Source: Gammaproteobacteria bacterium
GTDB lineage: Bacteria > Pseudomonadota > Gammaproteobacteria > Eutrophobiales > Eutrophobiaceae
DNA length: 64,000 nt
Direction: 5' to 3'
NCBI GenBank assembly: GCA_965243205.1
Contig: CBDEUK010000002.1
Span: 608,001-672,000 of the forward strand
In this document: positions 10,946 through 21,181 of the stretch, one piece after another
Layout: every line of letters begins with the position of its first letter
How positions within the stretch are numbered: position 1 is the stretch's first letter
Made by a program: the position numbers and the translations under genes
The notes under the pieces: generated by a model
What the model was told of the DNA's origin: nothing
The model's input: only the letters and a program-made list of their open reading frames with translations
Database searches by the model: none

Positions 10946-11683
10946 TTATTTTAAGTCTATTGAAGGTAATGATTGGAAAGCTTGTTTCAGTGCATCTCCC
11001 CATCCACTAGAAATGGTTTGGTAATATTCATTATTTTCATCTATGCGAATTTGATTACTAATTTTTAAATCATTATTTATATAGTATTGAATATCTAATG
11101 GTAGCCCAACTGATAAATTTGATTTAAACGTGCTATCAAACGATAACAGTAATAGTTTAGTTGAATCTTCAAACGACATTGATTTATCGAATGCACGAAC
11201 CAAAATTGGTTTACCGTATTTCGTTTCACCGATTTGAAAAAAACTTGTCTCTTCTGAAGTTTCTATAAAATTTCCTTCTGGATAGATTAAAAATAATCTT
11301 GAATCTTCATCTTTGATCTGACCAGCCAAAATAAACGTTGCATTGAATGAGTTCTCTGCAACCTGACCATTTTTTGTAGTTTCTAAAATAACAGAATTAA
11401 CAATCTCACCAATATACCTAGCAACCTGATACATTGAGTCACATGATTTTAAAAAATTTTTATCGTCGGTTATTGATTCATTCCATTGTTCATTAATAGA
11501 ACTAATAACAGATTGAGAAGTAGCCAAGTTTCCTGATGATAATAAAGTGATTACCCGGTCGCCTTCAACCTGCCAACTATGCATCTTACAATATACGGAT
11601 ACGTTATCCACGCCAGCGTTAGTCCGAGTATCGGACATTAAAACCAAACCTTGATTTAATTTTAATCCTACACAATAAGTCAT
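10946..11683 (-). CDS. Proteasome-type (Anbu) Ntn protease
   Basis: MTYCVG with N-terminal Thr, SDTRTNAGVD, IYPEGNF, QIGETKYGKPI. Confidence 0.92.
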   Translation of the reverse strand: MTYCVGLKLNQGLVLMSDTRTNAGVDNVSVYCKMHSWQVEGDRVITLLSSGNLATSQSVISSINEQWNESITDDKNFLKSCDSMYQVARYIGEIVNSVILETTKNGQVAENSFNATFILAGQIKDEDSRLFLIYPEGNFIETSEETSFFQIGETKYGKPILVRAFDKSMSFEDSTKLLLLSFDSTFKSNLSVGLPLDIQYYINNDLKISNQIRIDENNEYYQTISSGWGDALKQAFQSLPSIDLK

Positions 11684-11701
11684 AAAAAAATATTACATTT
11701 G

Positions 11702-12499
11702 TTATTGTTGTTGCACATTTACAATGACTTCTAAATTTTCTTGGTGTTCACCATAACGAATACCTTTTACAGGTGCAGTATCACTTGCATCTAAACCAAT
11801 AGCAACACGAATGTATCGTTCATCGGGTGAAATTCCATTTGATACATCAAAACCTATCCAACCAATACCTTCAAAATAAATTTCTGCCCAAGCATGATTT
11901 GCAGAATGTTGCTCCTCTCCATCGATAAATATATAACCACTTACATATCGAGCTGGGAATCCAGCTAACCTTGCAGCTGATATTAATATGTGTGCATGGT
12001 CTTGGCAAACTCCAACACCTAATTTCATTGCATCTTCAGCCGTTGTATTAGCATCAGTATTATCTAATTTATATTTAACTGTAGAAAGAATTAACTCACA
12101 AACCTTATGCACTGACTCTATTGCATTTTCATTATTTATTTCTTTTGCTATGCGTTTTATATTAATTCCAGCCTTGGTTAAAATAGTCTGACGTTTGTAT
12201 AACCAAAGCGGTACATTTGATTGGTGCGCTCCAACAATCCCATCTTTATCTGTCGTTTCAACTTCTCCATAACAGCTTATTATCACTTCATTTACACCAG
12301 ACTCAATATTCAATAAATTTACAACATTTCTGAATTGATCAGAATATGTAAGCTCTTTACTTGCTCCAATAATATCTAAATCCCAAGAAATAATATTTTG
12401 AAAATCTGTAGAAACAGGAGTTAACCTTATTTGTTGTAAAGCATAATCTATTGGCTTATCAAATTGATACTGAGTTGAATGTGTTACTAATAAGCGCAT
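11702..12499 (-). CDS. Transglutaminase-like protein
   Basis: GVCQDHAH, ARYVSGY, HAWAE, GFD triad. Confidence 0.92.
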   Translation of the reverse strand: MRLLVTHSTQYQFDKPIDYALQQIRLTPVSTDFQNIISWDLDIIGASKELTYSDQFRNVVNLLNIESGVNEVIISCYGEVETTDKDGIVGAHQSNVPLWLYKRQTILTKAGINIKRIAKEINNENAIESVHKVCELILSTVKYKLDNTDANTTAEDAMKLGVGVCQDHAHILISAARLAGFPARYVSGYIFIDGEEQHSANHAWAEIYFEGIGWIGFDVSNGISPDERYIRVAIGLDASDTAPVKGIRYGEHQENLEVIVNVQQQ

Positions 12500-12501
12500 A
12501 G

Positions 12502-13443
12502 TTATTGATAAAATCGATATTGTTCAGAAACCAATGATGAAAGCGTATTATTTTCTGATATAAAATTAATTAAAAATTCATGTAAACCATTATCTAAAAT
12601 ACTACTCACAGTATTCGTGTCTAATATATGAATTATTTTTTTACATTGCACACTACAGGGATCTTCTGTTTTAGAATTATTAGTTATTAAATTCAAATTA
12701 GTCTCAATTTTATCGTAGCAAAAAGATAAAGACCGAGGCATCTCCTCATTTAACATCAAAAACTCGGCAATATTTGTGGGGTTATAATCTGTATGGTATA
12801 CCCATCGATATGATCGATGCGCTGAAACAGAGCGTAAGATCGATTCCCATTGTACATTATCTAGAGAAGATCCAATGTAAGAAGAAGATGGTAATAACAC
12901 ATAATATTTAACATCAAGGATACGAGCCGTATTATCTGCACGTTCAATGTATTTTCCTATTAATGAAAAATAATAAGACTCATTACGCAACATCGTTCGA
13001 TAAAAGGTACCGCTAATTAATGCCGACTGATTTTTTATTAAACTCAAAACATTCGGCAATTGAGATTCTGAAACAGGTCTTTTTAATATTTCTCTAATAT
13101 TCATCCATGATTCATTAGTTGACTCCCATACTGAACGCGTAATCGCTGTTCTCACTAAACGTGCGTTAGCCCTAGCTTGCTCAATAGTATTGATGACGGA
13201 TGTTGGATTATGTTTATTGCGTAATAAAAAATCGATGACATTCTTTGCAGAATAATCATCGTGATTCTCATCAAATAAAGATTGTGCCCCAACTGTAGCA
13301 ATGACAGACCGCCAATCATCATCCCCTCCTTGAGTACGTGTAAGTGCCATCCTTAATCCTGTTTCCAATAATTCTGCAATGTTTTCCATGCGTTCAATTT
13401 GACGCGAAAACCAGAATAAACCATTTGCAGTTTTTCCTAACAT
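12502..13443 (-). CDS. Alpha-E domain protein
   Basis: Two ER motifs (IERMEN, IERADNTAR), PRSL. Confidence 0.92.
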   Translation of the reverse strand: MLGKTANGLFWFSRQIERMENIAELLETGLRMALTRTQGGDDDWRSVIATVGAQSLFDENHDDYSAKNVIDFLLRNKHNPTSVINTIEQARANARLVRTAITRSVWESTNESWMNIREILKRPVSESQLPNVLSLIKNQSALISGTFYRTMLRNESYYFSLIGKYIERADNTARILDVKYYVLLPSSSYIGSSLDNVQWESILRSVSAHRSYRWVYHTDYNPTNIAEFLMLNEEMPRSLSFCYDKIETNLNLITNNSKTEDPCSVQCKKIIHILDTNTVSSILDNGLHEFLINFISENNTLSSLVSEQYRFYQ

Positions 13444-13458
13444 GACATTTCCTGAGTC

Positions 13459-14907
13459 TTAATCATCCAATATCCATGTATCTTTTGTACCGCCACCTTG
13501 ACTCGAATTAACTACTAATGATTTTTCTTTTAACGCAACTCTGGTTAATCCGCCTGGTGTAATGTTAATCGTATCTGATACTAAAACAAATGGACGTAAA
13601 TCAACATGTCTTGGTGCTAAACCTTTATTCGTTAAAACAGGTACGGTTGAGAGTGATAGCGTTGGTTGAGCAATATAATTTTCTGGCTTATTTTTAAGTT
13701 TTTCTGTAAATGTTTTTAATTCTCGTTTTGAAGCTGCTGGGCCTACCAACATTCCATAGCCACCTGAACCATGTACTTCTTTAACCACAAGCTCTTCAAT
13801 ATTATCCAATACATATTGTAAGGAATCCTGTTCTGAACAACGATAGGTAGGCACATTTTTTAATAATGGTTTTTCTCCTGTATAGAACTCTACAATTTCA
13901 GGCATATAAGAATATATCGATTTATCATCAGCTATACCGGTTCCAGGAGCATTTGCTATCGTAATGTTGCCAGCCTTATACACATCGATAATACCCGGTA
14001 TGCCTAACATAGAGTCAGGACGAAAATTTAAAGGATCTAGATAATCATCATCAACTCGTCTATACAACACATCAATGGTTTCATAGCCGCTAGTCGTACG
14101 CATTTTTACTTTGCCATCAATTATTTTTAAATCAGTACTCTCAACCAACTCTACACCTAATTGATCAGCTAAAAACGCATGTTCAAAATATGCCGAATTA
14201 AAAATACCAGGTGTTAGTACCGCTACCGTTGGGGTTCCTTCAGAATTTTTAGGTGCGACGGAAGATAGGCTATGTAATAAATTCTTAGGATATTCACTAA
14301 CTGATTGAACCCGGATTTTAGAAAACAATTCAGGAAACATCTGCATCATAGTTTCACGGTTTTCTAACATATAAGAAGCACCCGACGGTGTTCTTGCGTT
14401 GTCTTCTAAAACATAAAACTCATTTTCACTAACGCGAACAATATCAATACCAACAATATGGGTATATACACCAGAGGGTGGCTCTACTCCTATCATAATA
14501 GGTAAGAAAGCTTCATTCACATCAATTAAACGTTCAGGTATACGTTGCGCTCGTAATATTTCTTGGCGATGGTATATATCATAGAGAAACGCATTAATTG
14601 CTCTAACACGTTGTTCGATACCTTTACATAATAAGCGCCACTCTTTAGCAGAAATGACTCTTGGCACAATATCAAAAGGGATCAATCGTTCATTGGCTTC
14701 CTTTTGGCCATAGACAGAAAATGTAATACCAGAACGTCGATAAATTGTTTCAGCTTCGGAAGTTTTTTTCTTGAGATATTTTGGATCTTGGCTATTAAAC
14801 CAAGACTCATATTTTTTATAAGGCCGCCTTACAGATTCATCAAGGCCAAACATTTCATCAAAATGTTGTGTTAATGCTTCGGTCTGTTTTGTGGTGCTGT
14901 TAGACAT
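13459..14907 (-). CDS. Circularly permuted type 2 ATP-grasp protein
   Basis: IPFDIVPR, EDNARTPSG, YRRVDDD, GSGGYG, VVNSSQGGGTKDTW. Confidence 0.93.
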   Translation of the reverse strand: MSNSTTKQTEALTQHFDEMFGLDESVRRPYKKYESWFNSQDPKYLKKKTSEAETIYRRSGITFSVYGQKEANERLIPFDIVPRVISAKEWRLLCKGIEQRVRAINAFLYDIYHRQEILRAQRIPERLIDVNEAFLPIMIGVEPPSGVYTHIVGIDIVRVSENEFYVLEDNARTPSGASYMLENRETMMQMFPELFSKIRVQSVSEYPKNLLHSLSSVAPKNSEGTPTVAVLTPGIFNSAYFEHAFLADQLGVELVESTDLKIIDGKVKMRTTSGYETIDVLYRRVDDDYLDPLNFRPDSMLGIPGIIDVYKAGNITIANAPGTGIADDKSIYSYMPEIVEFYTGEKPLLKNVPTYRCSEQDSLQYVLDNIEELVVKEVHGSGGYGMLVGPAASKRELKTFTEKLKNKPENYIAQPTLSLSTVPVLTNKGLAPRHVDLRPFVLVSDTINITPGGLTRVALKEKSLVVNSSQGGGTKDTWILDD

Positions 14908-14982
14908 TCTAATACTATGGTGCTTATATTCAGAATAAAGCTCTATGATCCATATATTTTTAAATATTTAAATGTATGTAGC

Positions 14983-14997
14983 GCAACTCTTATGCCA
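14983..14997 (-). promoter_or_regulatory. sigma54 (-24/-12) promoter of the ATP-grasp/Anbu operon
   Basis: Minus strand TGGCATAAGAGTTGC (GG-N10-GC), about 75 nt upstream of the start codon. Confidence 0.8.
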
Positions 14998-15086
14998 TAC
15001 AAAAAAATATCAACTCACTGATATTAAAAGATAAATAATTATAATAATAAAAGACTGTATATATCGCCCTATAATTATTAGGGAGT

Positions 15087-15103
15087 TGCACATTATTAGT
15101 GCA
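15087..15103. promoter_or_regulatory. NtrC-type enhancer box
   Basis: TGCAC-ATTATTA-GTGCA (TGCAC-N7-GTGCA), about 90 bp upstream of the sigma54 site. Confidence 0.78.
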
Positions 15104-15108
15104 TTTAT

Positions 15109-16206
15109 TTAATGTCTAGCTGGAACACACGCTAGTTCATCAGCAATATTTCTACATGTTCCATTAAGTTCACCATGAGGCCTATTTACAACACAACGAC
15201 TTCCATTGGATTTACGATTACATGCTGAAATAGCTTCTCTAGGAGGATTTCTTCCTGGACGTTCAGACCTTTCTAGTCTAGGAGGCATAGCATCATCTCG
15301 TCCGTTACTACCTTGTCTAGGTATGCTACCACGTCTTATCTGAAATGAACTATCAGGTGAGCCTGACCAACAACGAGGAATAAATGGATATTGATTACTA
15401 ATAACATAATGATAAGTACCATTAGGATATTCATCGGTTTTGCTTATGCGGCCATTACATTGATCAAGGTCACCAAGTCCATCGACATATTCGTAATCCA
15501 AAGTATAACGACCATCGTATTGACCACTTGGTCCATCAGACCTGTTACCTTGTTTCACTTTATAACTTGAAGTTAGCTCAATTGTATCTCCTTGAGAATT
15601 AGTATGGGCATATGGCGTATAAATAGGAAAACCATCTGCCGCATAGCCAATCAAAACAGGTTTATTTTTATAATTTTGATTCTGAATTAAACCAATCGGT
15701 AAACTATGATAATGATAAGCCCCATTAGGTTGGACATGTGCGTTGTTTTGATCAAGTCCTAAATTTCGCCCTCCTTTAATCGCATCTAAAACCCATTTTG
15801 AATTTCTATCGTTATTCCAAAATTCTGCTGTTGCAGGGTCAAACGGCACACCATTTAACGCAACACCAAAATAATTATGCCCTATCTCAGTAACACGATT
15901 TGATTTTTTTGGATTCAATGTGACTCGAAAATTGTAATCCTGTGCAGAAATAGAATTTGGATTATTTCGATTCGGAAAGTTACCCGTTGAATGATTTGGT
16001 ATACCATCACTTTTAATAATTCTATAACCTGAACTATTATCAATTTGAATATTGACTGCTGAATAAACAGGCCTAATAAAAAAATCAGTGAAATAATGAA
16101 AATCATCAAGATGAATTATTTCTAACGATTTTTCAGATATACCATGAGCAAATAAATTTATAGCTGGAAGATATAATAAAATTATAGTCAATAAGATTTT
16201 TTTCAT
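15109..16206 (-). CDS. Secreted YHYH-domain protein with C-terminal four-Cys domain
   Basis: Signal peptide, GVALNGVP, HVQPNGAYHYH, GYAADGFPIY, LDQCNG, YHY. Confidence 0.88.
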   Translation of the reverse strand: MKKILLTIILLYLPAINLFAHGISEKSLEIIHLDDFHYFTDFFIRPVYSAVNIQIDNSSGYRIIKSDGIPNHSTGNFPNRNNPNSISAQDYNFRVTLNPKKSNRVTEIGHNYFGVALNGVPFDPATAEFWNNDRNSKWVLDAIKGGRNLGLDQNNAHVQPNGAYHYHSLPIGLIQNQNYKNKPVLIGYAADGFPIYTPYAHTNSQGDTIELTSSYKVKQGNRSDGPSGQYDGRYTLDYEYVDGLGDLDQCNGRISKTDEYPNGTYHYVISNQYPFIPRCWSGSPDSSFQIRRGSIPRQGSNGRDDAMPPRLERSERPGRNPPREAISACNRKSNGSRCVVNRPHGELNGTCRNIADELACVPARH

Positions 16207-16548
16207 TTTCCAAGCCTTTAAAAAATTGAATATTTTTTTATTTCATTTTAAATAATATTAATTTTTATTAAGCTTACTTTAATAAATAAAATTAATTTCT
16301 TAATAAAAAGTAATTTAATTTAATTAAATTTTTCATACGCAGCTTAAATCGAACTCTATGTCTTGAACATTTACAATAATTAAATCACATAATAAATATT
16401 AATTACATATTGTTAATTCATGTCCAGTTAATAATCCAAGTTAATAAAAATTAAAACCATGTAACCTAAGTATAGACCCTATTGCTTCATTTTTTTTTAA
16501 TTTTATTATCTCCATTCCGTTAACACACTCAACATTGGAGACACTAAA

Positions 16549-17079
16549 ATGAGTTACTCTCAAAATATTATTCGCACACTATATAACGCAAAAAATATTG
16601 CAATTGTCAGCATGATGGTAATTATTACAACAGCATGTGCTACTCAAACTGCTAAAGTAAATAATTCTGATATTGTTGACACAGCAGTTTCTGCTGGGCA
16701 ATTCAAAACATTAACTGCAGCATTACAAGCAGCTGATTTAGTTGGAACATTAAAAGGCAATGGTCCTTTTACCGTATTTGCTCCAACCGATGAAGCATTC
16801 GCTAAATTGCCATCAGGTACTGTTGAATCATTATTAAAACCTGAAAATAAAGACAAACTGGTTTCTATCTTAACTTACCATGTAGTACCTGGGAAAGTTT
16901 TGGCATCTGATGTAGTCAATCTAGACAGTGCGAAAACTGTTAATGGTTCGAATGTAAATATTTCAACTAATAGTGAAGGTGTAAATATTAATCAGGCTAA
17001 AGTTATTAAGGCAGATGTTATGTCAAGTAACGGTGTTATTCATGTTATTGACGAAGTCATTTTACCTGCAAATGGCTAA
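16549..17079 (+). CDS. Fasciclin (FAS1) domain protein
   Basis: [24 protein letters not shown]; possible lipobox TTAC. Confidence 0.93.
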   Translation: MSYSQNIIRTLYNAKNIAIVSMMVIITTACATQTAKVNNSDIVDTAVSAGQFKTLTAALQAADLVGTLKGNGPFTVFAPTDEAFAKLPSGTVESLLKPENKDKLVSILTYHVVPGKVLASDVVNLDSAKTVNGSNVNISTNSEGVNINQAKVIKADVMSSNGVIHVIDEVILPANG

Positions 17080-17108
17080 ACCCTTATTTAGATACTTTAC
17101 TATGCATA

Positions 17109-17146
17109 ATATGTTTCCGGTTAGTTATACTAACCGGACATTTTTT
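17109..17146 (+). terminator. Intrinsic terminator between convergent genes
   Basis: TCCGGTTAGT-tat-ACTAACCGGA followed by a T run. Confidence 0.8.
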
Positions 17147-17174
17147 ATTAGAAATGAATGTGTGAATATTATAT

Positions 17175-18875
17175 TCAGGCTACTTCAGATAATTTAATGA
17201 CTAGATCAGTATAATCGTTTGAAGAAACAGGAGGACTAAGATAGAAACCTTGTATTTCATCAACATCCTGTTCACGTAAAAAATCTAATTGTTCTTTTTT
17301 TTCTACGCCTTCTGCAATTACATTAATTCCTAGATCCTTAGCCATATGTATCATCGCAGAAGTAATATAAGACTCTGGTCCAGTTTCAGTGACATTTTGA
17401 ATAAACGAACGATCAATCTTCAACGTATCGACTAAAAAGCGCTTAAGATAATTAAAAGAATTATAACCGGTACCAAAGTCATCTATAGCAATACTAACGC
17501 CCATAGATTTCAATGCTTCTAGAATTTTCATCGTTGCAGTTGAATTTTGAATTAACAAACTTTCCGTTAATTCAACTTCAAGCAAATGGGGATCGAGTTC
17601 TGTCTCGTTCAATATATTACAAACAGTATCTGAAAAGTTACGTTGTAATAATTGCTGTCCAGAAAGGTTAACTGCAATTTTACCAACAGGTACCCCTTGC
17701 TTACTCCAGGATACATGTTGTTTACAAGCTGTTTCCAGTACCCACCGACCAACTTCTGAAATCATTCCACTCTTCTCAAGTAAAGGAATAAATCTTGTTG
17801 GATAAATAAGTCCTTGCTCTGGGTGCTTCCATCGCAGTAATGCTTCGTTACCAGTTAATTTTCCACTTTGTACATCTAATTTTGGTTGGTAATGTAAAAG
17901 AAATTCTTCTTTATCCAAAGCTTCTCTTAATTGCATTTCCATTGTCAATTCATCTAAAGCACGATGATTCATTTCTTTAGTATAAAACTGATATTGATTT
18001 CTACCATTATGTTTCGCTTTATACATTGCACTGTCTGCATTCTTAACAATAGTCTCAACATCTTTGCCACAGTGTGGATAAATAGCAATACCGATGCTAA
18101 CTCCGACATATAAAATATGAGAATCAATTTCGAGAGGAGTGGTAATAGTTGAAATAACTTTTTCAGAAACGGCTATAGCACTATTGGTATTTACAACACC
18201 TTCCAAAATAATTGCAAACTCATCACCCCCTAAACGGGCAATGGTATCGACTTCCCTAATCGCATGAGATAAACGTTTGGCGATTTCTATTAAAACTTTA
18301 TCACCCATTTCATGCCCCAAACCGTCATTGATTGGTTTGAAATGATCTAAGTCGAGATACAATAATGCAACGGAGTCTTCGCGTCTTTTAGCGCAATGTA
18401 TGGCATGCTCAAGACGGGAACGAAAAAGAGTTCTATTTGCAAGACCAGTCAATTGATCATGTTGAGCCATATAAACAACATTATCATGCAATCGTTTACG
18501 CTCAATCGCATAATACAATGCACGTATTAAGTGCCAATCATCAACACCTTTGGTCAAATAATCTTGTGCGCCTGCTTTCACTGTCTGCAGTGCAAACTCC
18601 TCGTCTTGTCTTCCACTGAGCACGACTATTGGCAGTTCGGGTCTAAATGATTTTATATCTGAAATGCAGTCAAGACCTTCTCTATCGGGTAATGACATAT
18701 CTAGGATAGCCACGGAAAACTCTTCTCTACTAATGAGATCCATAGCCTCGCTCATGCAATCAGCGATTGTTAGTCGATACTGCTCCTCTCCCATATCAGT
18801 GAGAAGCACTTCAACCAGTTTGGCATCTCCTGGGTTATCTTCAACCAGAAGAATATTAGTGATTTTATTTTGCAT
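17175..18875 (-). CDS. REC-GGDEF-EAL c-di-GMP enzyme
   Basis: LLVEDN receiver, RxxD I-site (REVD) plus GGDEF, EALLRW, DDFGTG. Confidence 0.93.
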   Translation of the reverse strand: MQNKITNILLVEDNPGDAKLVEVLLTDMGEEQYRLTIADCMSEAMDLISREEFSVAILDMSLPDREGLDCISDIKSFRPELPIVVLSGRQDEEFALQTVKAGAQDYLTKGVDDWHLIRALYYAIERKRLHDNVVYMAQHDQLTGLANRTLFRSRLEHAIHCAKRREDSVALLYLDLDHFKPINDGLGHEMGDKVLIEIAKRLSHAIREVDTIARLGGDEFAIILEGVVNTNSAIAVSEKVISTITTPLEIDSHILYVGVSIGIAIYPHCGKDVETIVKNADSAMYKAKHNGRNQYQFYTKEMNHRALDELTMEMQLREALDKEEFLLHYQPKLDVQSGKLTGNEALLRWKHPEQGLIYPTRFIPLLEKSGMISEVGRWVLETACKQHVSWSKQGVPVGKIAVNLSGQQLLQRNFSDTVCNILNETELDPHLLEVELTESLLIQNSTATMKILEALKSMGVSIAIDDFGTGYNSFNYLKRFLVDTLKIDRSFIQNVTETGPESYITSAMIHMAKDLGINVIAEGVEKKEQLDFLREQDVDEIQGFYLSPPVSSNDYTDLVIKLSEVA

Positions 18876-19076
18876 ATCTTATCTCCCTCGATACGCTAAA
18901 CCTACTTAATGTATTAGATAAATATGTTTAAGCAATATCCATACAAACAAAGTAATAGTCCAATCTATTGCATCGGCAATAAAAAAAAATTCTTTAGTAA
19001 AAGATAGACTTTGAGAGAAGAAATGAGGACATTTTGAACAAACGTCCATGACAGAAATCGCTAGATGTGCATAAAT

Positions 19077-19511
19077 TTAGTGGGTTTTAGGTAATTTAAC
19101 GATGGAAAACCAAAATTCATCAATTGACTTTATCACCTGAACAAAAGCATCAAAATCAACGGGTTTACTGACATAACAATTAGCTTTCAGATCATAACTT
19201 TTAGCAATATCAGCTTCACTCTCAGAGGTAGTTAATACAACAACCGGTGTATTGGTATATTCAGGTAATGACCGCATGTCCTCTAATACTTCCATGCCAT
19301 TCATTTTAGGTAGATTTAAGTCCAATAATACTAAATCGGGTGTAGGGACGTCAGAGAAACCGTCTGCTTTTTTCATAAAAGCCATAGCTTCTACACCATC
19401 GATAACATGGAATAATTCTATGGTAATTTTACTTTCGGCTAGAGCTTCCTTGGTTAAACGTGCGTCACCTGGATTATCTTCTACCAATAAAACTTTGGCT
19501 ATTTCATGCAC
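19077..19511 (-). CDS. Single-domain response regulator (Rcp1-like)
   Basis: LLVEDNPGD, LLDLNLP, VLTTS, KPVD, FWF tail. Confidence 0.92.
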   Translation of the reverse strand: MHEIAKVLLVEDNPGDARLTKEALAESKITIELFHVIDGVEAMAFMKKADGFSDVPTPDLVLLDLNLPKMNGMEVLEDMRSLPEYTNTPVVVLTTSESEADIAKSYDLKANCYVSKPVDFDAFVQVIKSIDEFWFSIVKLPKTH

Positions 19512-19569
19512 ATTAGATTCTCCATGAATTTTATAACAGTATAATGAAATCTTATTACTAAGGACATCA

Positions 19570-21051
19570 TTAAATCTTAATTGTGAAATGAAATATACTT
19601 CCTGTATCAGGAATAGACTCTAACCAAATTTTACCGCCATGCCTTTCTACAATTTTTTTACAAATCGCAAGTCCAATTCCTGTACCAGAATATTCTTGTT
19701 TATTATGTAAACGACTAAATATATCGAATATTTTTTTAAAGTAACATTCTTCAATACCAATACCAGTATCCGATACAGAAAATTGCCAATGTGTTGCTGT
19801 TTTCTTAGCTGACACATGAATTTTATTTTGGCGTTCATGATCTGAATACTTAATCGCATTATTAATTAAATTCTGTAGGAGTTGTCTCATTTGAGTCTTA
19901 TCTGCTAAGACTGTCGGTAAAAAATCATGAGTCAATTCGCAATTTTTTTCTATTATTGAAGATTTCAAATCATGAAAAATACTTTTTATTAAAACATCAC
20001 AATCGACTTCAATAAACTTTTCACCTTTAGTGCCTACTCTGGAAAACGCTAATAAATCCTGAATTAAAACCTGCATTCGTTTTGCACCATCATTGGCATA
20101 AAAGATAAATTCTTTGGCATCATCATCCAGCTTATCGCTGTAACGTCTTTCTAATAAATTGGTATAACTGCCCACCATACGTAACGGCTCTTGTAAATCG
20201 TGTGATGCGATATAGGCAAATCTTTCCAATTCTTCATTTGAACGCTCTAAAGCTTGTGTTCTTTTTTGAAGAATCTCTTCATTTAACTTCCGTTCAGTGA
20301 TATCCCGAACAATTCCTGCAAACCCTCTCTGTTCACCTATTTCTATTTCACTAACAGATAACTCCATAGGAAAGGTTGAACCATCTTTACGTAGACCAAT
20401 AACTTCTCTGCCTATACCAATAATTTTTTTCTTGCCTGTATTAAGATAATTAAACAAATAACCATCATGTTCTTCGTGATACGGTGATGGCATCAATTTT
20501 TTAATATTCTTTCCTAATAATTCTTTATTGGTAAAACCAAATATTTTTTCCCCTGCCTGATTAATCGATTGAATATTGCCGTATTGATCGATCGTGATAA
20601 TACCATCAACTGCATTCTCAAGAACTGAATTCAAAAATGAAGTTGTGCTTTGTAGTTCATCGATATACAACTTTCGTTCAGAAATATCTCTGATAATACC
20701 AACAAACATACGTTTGCCGTCGATGCTCATCTCACTGATGCCTAACTCCATTGGGAAAACAGAACCATCTTTACGTTGAGCTGAGACTTCTCGACCCAAA
20801 CCTATAGCTTTTTTATCACCTGTTTCTAAATAATTACTGATATATTGATCGTGCTCAGTGTGATACGGATCAGGCATGAGCATTTTGACATTCTTACCTA
20901 TGACTTCTTCAGGGGTATAACCAAATATATTAACGGCAGCAGGATTAAAGCTCTGGACAATACCTTTGTTATCAATGGTAATGATACCATCTAAAACAGT
21001 ATTCAATATGGCTTCTAAATGTGTATTCTCAGTCGATGAATCAACCATCAA
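19570..21051 (-). CDS. Cytoplasmic histidine kinase with two FixL-like PAS domains
   Basis: Two LMP.PYH.EHD.Y...Y..TG....IG.GREV...RKDGS.FPMEL repeats; ASHDLQEPL H-box; N and G boxes. Confidence 0.92.
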   Translation of the reverse strand: MMVDSSTENTHLEAILNTVLDGIITIDNKGIVQSFNPAAVNIFGYTPEEVIGKNVKMLMPDPYHTEHDQYISNYLETGDKKAIGLGREVSAQRKDGSVFPMELGISEMSIDGKRMFVGIIRDISERKLYIDELQSTTSFLNSVLENAVDGIITIDQYGNIQSINQAGEKIFGFTNKELLGKNIKKLMPSPYHEEHDGYLFNYLNTGKKKIIGIGREVIGLRKDGSTFPMELSVSEIEIGEQRGFAGIVRDITERKLNEEILQKRTQALERSNEELERFAYIASHDLQEPLRMVGSYTNLLERRYSDKLDDDAKEFIFYANDGAKRMQVLIQDLLAFSRVGTKGEKFIEVDCDVLIKSIFHDLKSSIIEKNCELTHDFLPTVLADKTQMRQLLQNLINNAIKYSDHERQNKIHVSAKKTATHWQFSVSDTGIGIEECYFKKIFDIFSRLHNKQEYSGTGIGLAICKKIVERHGGKIWLESIPDTGSIFHFTIKI

Positions 21052-21181
21052 AAATATCTTTTTTTGGCTAAATAGAAATTATAGTTGTTATTAGAGAAAA
21101 TATTGATTTTTCTGCGTAAGGCTTACATCAAGCTGCAGTATTAAATGGTGGTCAGCGTTGCAACTGAATAATGATTTTTAT

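Noticed and set aside
18931-18946. Possible sigma54 promoter (minus strand TTGTATGGATATTGCT) before the GGDEF-EAL gene
   Set aside because: It lacks the invariant -24 GG.
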